64,000 nucleotides of DNA. Origin: Gemmatimonadales bacterium (GTDB lineage Bacteria > Gemmatimonadota > Gemmatimonadetes > Gemmatimonadales > GWC2-71-9). Within the stretch, counting starts at the first letter, position 1. The number at the start of each line of letters is the position of its first letter. Under the pieces are notes generated by a model, which saw only the letters and a list, made by a program, of their open reading frames with translations, did not search any database and was not told where the DNA came from. A program made the position numbers and the translations under genes. Shown here piece after piece: positions 62,087 to 64,000 of this stretch. The stretch covers positions 23,011-87,010 of the forward strand of contig DASTCF010000106.1 of the NCBI GenBank assembly GCA_035711365.1, in the 5' to 3' direction.

Positions 62087-64000
62087 ATGACCCAGGCAAT
62101 CATCCCCGGCCGCCAGGCCGGGACGCCGGACGACCTCCGGCACCCCTCCCTGTACATCAACCGGGAACTTTCCTGGCTGGAGTTCAATCGCAGGGTGCTC
62201 CACGAGGCGCAGGACCCGAGAACACCCCTGCTGGAACGCCTCAAGTTCCTGGCTATCTACAGCAGCAACCTCGATGAGTTCTTCCAGGTGCGGGTCGCGG
62301 GGCTTCGGCAGCAGGCCGGCGTGGGCTTCAGCGAACGCACGGCGGACGGCCTGACCCCGGAAGACCAGCTCCGGGCGATTGCCATGGTGGTGCGAGAGCA
62401 GGTGCGGGACCAGCAGGACTGCCTGCTCCGTGACCTGTTGCCGTCGCTCGCGGATCACGGGATCCACCTCGTGACCGACGAGGGCCAGCTGACGCCCGAG
62501 GACCAGGCGCATCTCCGCGAGTACTTCCACCGGCACGTCTTTCCGGTGCTGACGCCGCTGGCCGTCGATCCGGCCCACCCGTTTCCGTACATCTCGAACC
62601 TGAGCCTGTCGCTGGCCGTGGTGCTTCGCGGGTGGGAAGGCGAGGAGCGGTTCGCACGGGTGAAGGTGCCGAAGATCCTCTCGAGATGGGTGCCCCTGCC
62701 GGGCACGCTGCGGTACCTGGCGCTGGAGCATCTCATCGGCGCCCATCTCGAGGCACTGTTTCCGGGCGTGGAGATTCTCGGCTGGTACCCGTTCCGCATC
62801 ACACGGAACACCGAGCTGCAGATCGACCAGGACGAGGCCGAGGATCTCATGAGCCGCATCCAGGAAGAGGTGCGGAACCGGCGATTCGCGGAAGTTGTGC
62901 GCATCGAAGTCCACCCCTCGACTCCAGCCAGCCTCCGCACGCTGCTGCTCGCCGAATTCAACGCGGAGCAGGATCCACCGACCACCGAGCTCAGCACCGC
63001 CGACGTGTATGAGGTGCCCGGCCTGCTCGATGTCGCCGACCTGATGTCCCTGTCGGCGCTCGACCTCCCGGCGCTCAAGGACCCTCCCTTCCATCCGGTC
63101 ACGCCGGCGCGGCTGGCGACCAACCGCAACATTTTCGAGGTGATCGCCGAAGGTGACCTCTTCGTCCACCACCCGTACGAGAGCTTCACGACGACGGTGG
63201 AGCGCTTCATCCAGCAGGCCGCGGACGATCCGGACGTGCTCGCGCTCAAGCTGACGCTGTACCGCCTGGGTGGAGACTCGAGCCTGGCGCGCCTGCTGGC
63301 CCACGCCGCCGAACGGGGCAAGCAGGTGGCGGTGCTGATCGAGCTGCAGGCCCGGTTCGACGAGGAGAACAACATCATCTGGGCCCAGCGGCTGGAGGAC
63401 GTCGGAGTCCACGTGAGCTACGGCGTGTCGGGGCTCAAGACACACACGAAGGTGATGCTGGTCGTCCGCCGCGAGGGCGACGCGATCCGGCGCTACGTGC
63501 ACATCGGCACCGGCAACTACAACCCCAGGACCGCACGGCTGTACACCGATTTCGGGCTATTCTCGGCGGACCCCGACCTCGGAGCCGACCTGACAGACCT
63601 GTTCAATGTGCTGACAGGTTTCGGGGCACCGGCGCGATTCCGCAAGCTGCTGGTGGCCCCGCGCGGGATGCGAGAGCGGTTCGTGGAGATGATCCGGCGA
63701 GAGGCTGATCATGCGCGGGCCGGTCGCCCGGCGCGCATCCTGGCGAAGATGAACGCCCTGGTCGATGACGAGATCATTCTCGAGCTCTATGAGGCGTCGC
63801 GTGCTGGCGTCACCGTCGACCTCATCATCCGCGGGATCTGCTGCCTCAGGCCAGGGATTCCGGGAGTGAGCGAGCGGATCCGTGTGATCAGCATCGTCGG
63901 CCGTTTCCTGGAGCACTCGCGGGCGTTCTGGTTCCTCAATGGCGGGCAGGATGAGGCGTACTTCGGGTCGGCGGACTGGATGCCGCGGAACCTGGACCGG
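62087..64000 (+). CDS. ppk1: Polyphosphate kinase 1; C-terminus lies beyond the window edge
   Basis: Own translation from ATG 62087: MTQAIIPGRQAGTPDDLRHPSLYINRELSWLEFNRRVLHEAQDPRTPLLERLKFLAIYSSNLDEFFQVRVAGL... Later, KTHTKVMLVVRRE and HIGTGNYNPRTA (PLD-like HKD regions). Not in the ORF track because it runs off the window. Confidence 0.92.
   Translation, partial: MTQAIIPGRQAGTPDDLRHPSLYINRELSWLEFNRRVLHEAQDPRTPLLERLKFLAIYSSNLDEFFQVRVAGLRQQAGVGFSERTADGLTPEDQLRAIAMVVREQVRDQQDCLLRDLLPSLADHGIHLVTDEGQLTPEDQAHLREYFHRHVFPVLTPLAVDPAHPFPYISNLSLSLAVVLRGWEGEERFARVKVPKILSRWVPLPGTLRYLALEHLIGAHLEALFPGVEILGWYPFRITRNTELQIDQDEAEDLMSRIQEEVRNRRFAEVVRIEVHPSTPASLRTLLLAEFNAEQDPPTTELSTADVYEVPGLLDVADLMSLSALDLPALKDPPFHPVTPARLATNRNIFEVIAEGDLFVHHPYESFTTTVERFIQQAADDPDVLALKLTLYRLGGDSSLARLLAHAAERGKQVAVLIELQARFDEENNIIWAQRLEDVGVHVSYGVSGLKTHTKVMLVVRREGDAIRRYVHIGTGNYNPRTARLYTDFGLFSADPDLGADLTDLFNVLTGFGAPARFRKLLVAPRGMRERFVEMIRREADHARAGRPARILAKMNALVDDEIILELYEASRAGVTVDLIIRGICCLRPGIPGVSERIRVISIVGRFLEHSRAFWFLNGGQDEAYFGSADWMPRNLDR

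Overview
High-GC (about 68-70%), very gene-dense chromosomal window with about 56 protein-coding genes and short or overlapping junctions. I found no rRNA, tRNA, CRISPR array, transposase, integrase or prophage module, so it reads as core genome rather than an accessory island. The gene mix (short sigma-70, BshB1-like deacetylase, many MacB/FtsX permeases, SPOR and PD40/Omp85 envelope proteins) suggests a Gemmatimonadota-like or FCB/Acidobacteria-related diderm, but I cannot verify that without a database search.

All product calls come from reading the ORF-track translations, plus my own translation of the two edge-truncated genes (korA at the left edge, ppk1 at the right edge), against family motifs from memory. 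No BLAST or HMM search was run.

Main blocks:
- Translation and ribosome genes: ychF; rpsF-rpsR-DUF2232-rplI; rsfS; rpmE-prfA-prmC-ylbF-tmk-ctp; arfB.
- A FakA(DhaL)-DegV fusion.
- A 1070-aa peptidase-MA + PD40 propeller + Omp85-barrel protein, followed by a SPOR lipoprotein and smc.
- aroF and a LolA-like protein.
- A Crp-family regulator next to an MBL hydrolase that has a near-consensus sigma-54 promoter.
- A long minus-strand run: larE-like, thpR, anchored unknown, sigma-54 enhancer-binding protein (EBP), small membrane protein, ALDH, sigma factor, yajQ, spoIID-like, Gfo/Idh/MocA, DUF4105.
- An M16 peptidase, comM/yifB, DUF2911, and a Tat-exported Cys-rich protein.
- A 1329-aa orphan NtrY-like histidine kinase.
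- A TolC-MFP-ATPase efflux operon with four tandem MacB-type permeases in an A-B-A'-B' pattern.
- bshB1-like, cysteine desulfurase, mnmA, an S9 peptidase, a DUF360 protein and ppk1.

Candidates for something new:
1. The four-permease efflux operon.
2. The giant outer-membrane protease/propeller/barrel protein.
3. The orphan sigma-54 EBP translationally coupled to two small membrane proteins, together with the distant orphan kinase and the sigma-54 promoter.
4. A set of short 7-8 bp tandem repeat arrays just upstream of start codons in several intergenic regions.
5. Repeated placement of -10-like hexamers 5-8 nt before start codons, which implies widespread leaderless mRNAs, including one shared bidirectional TATA core.

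None of these is proven from sequence alone.
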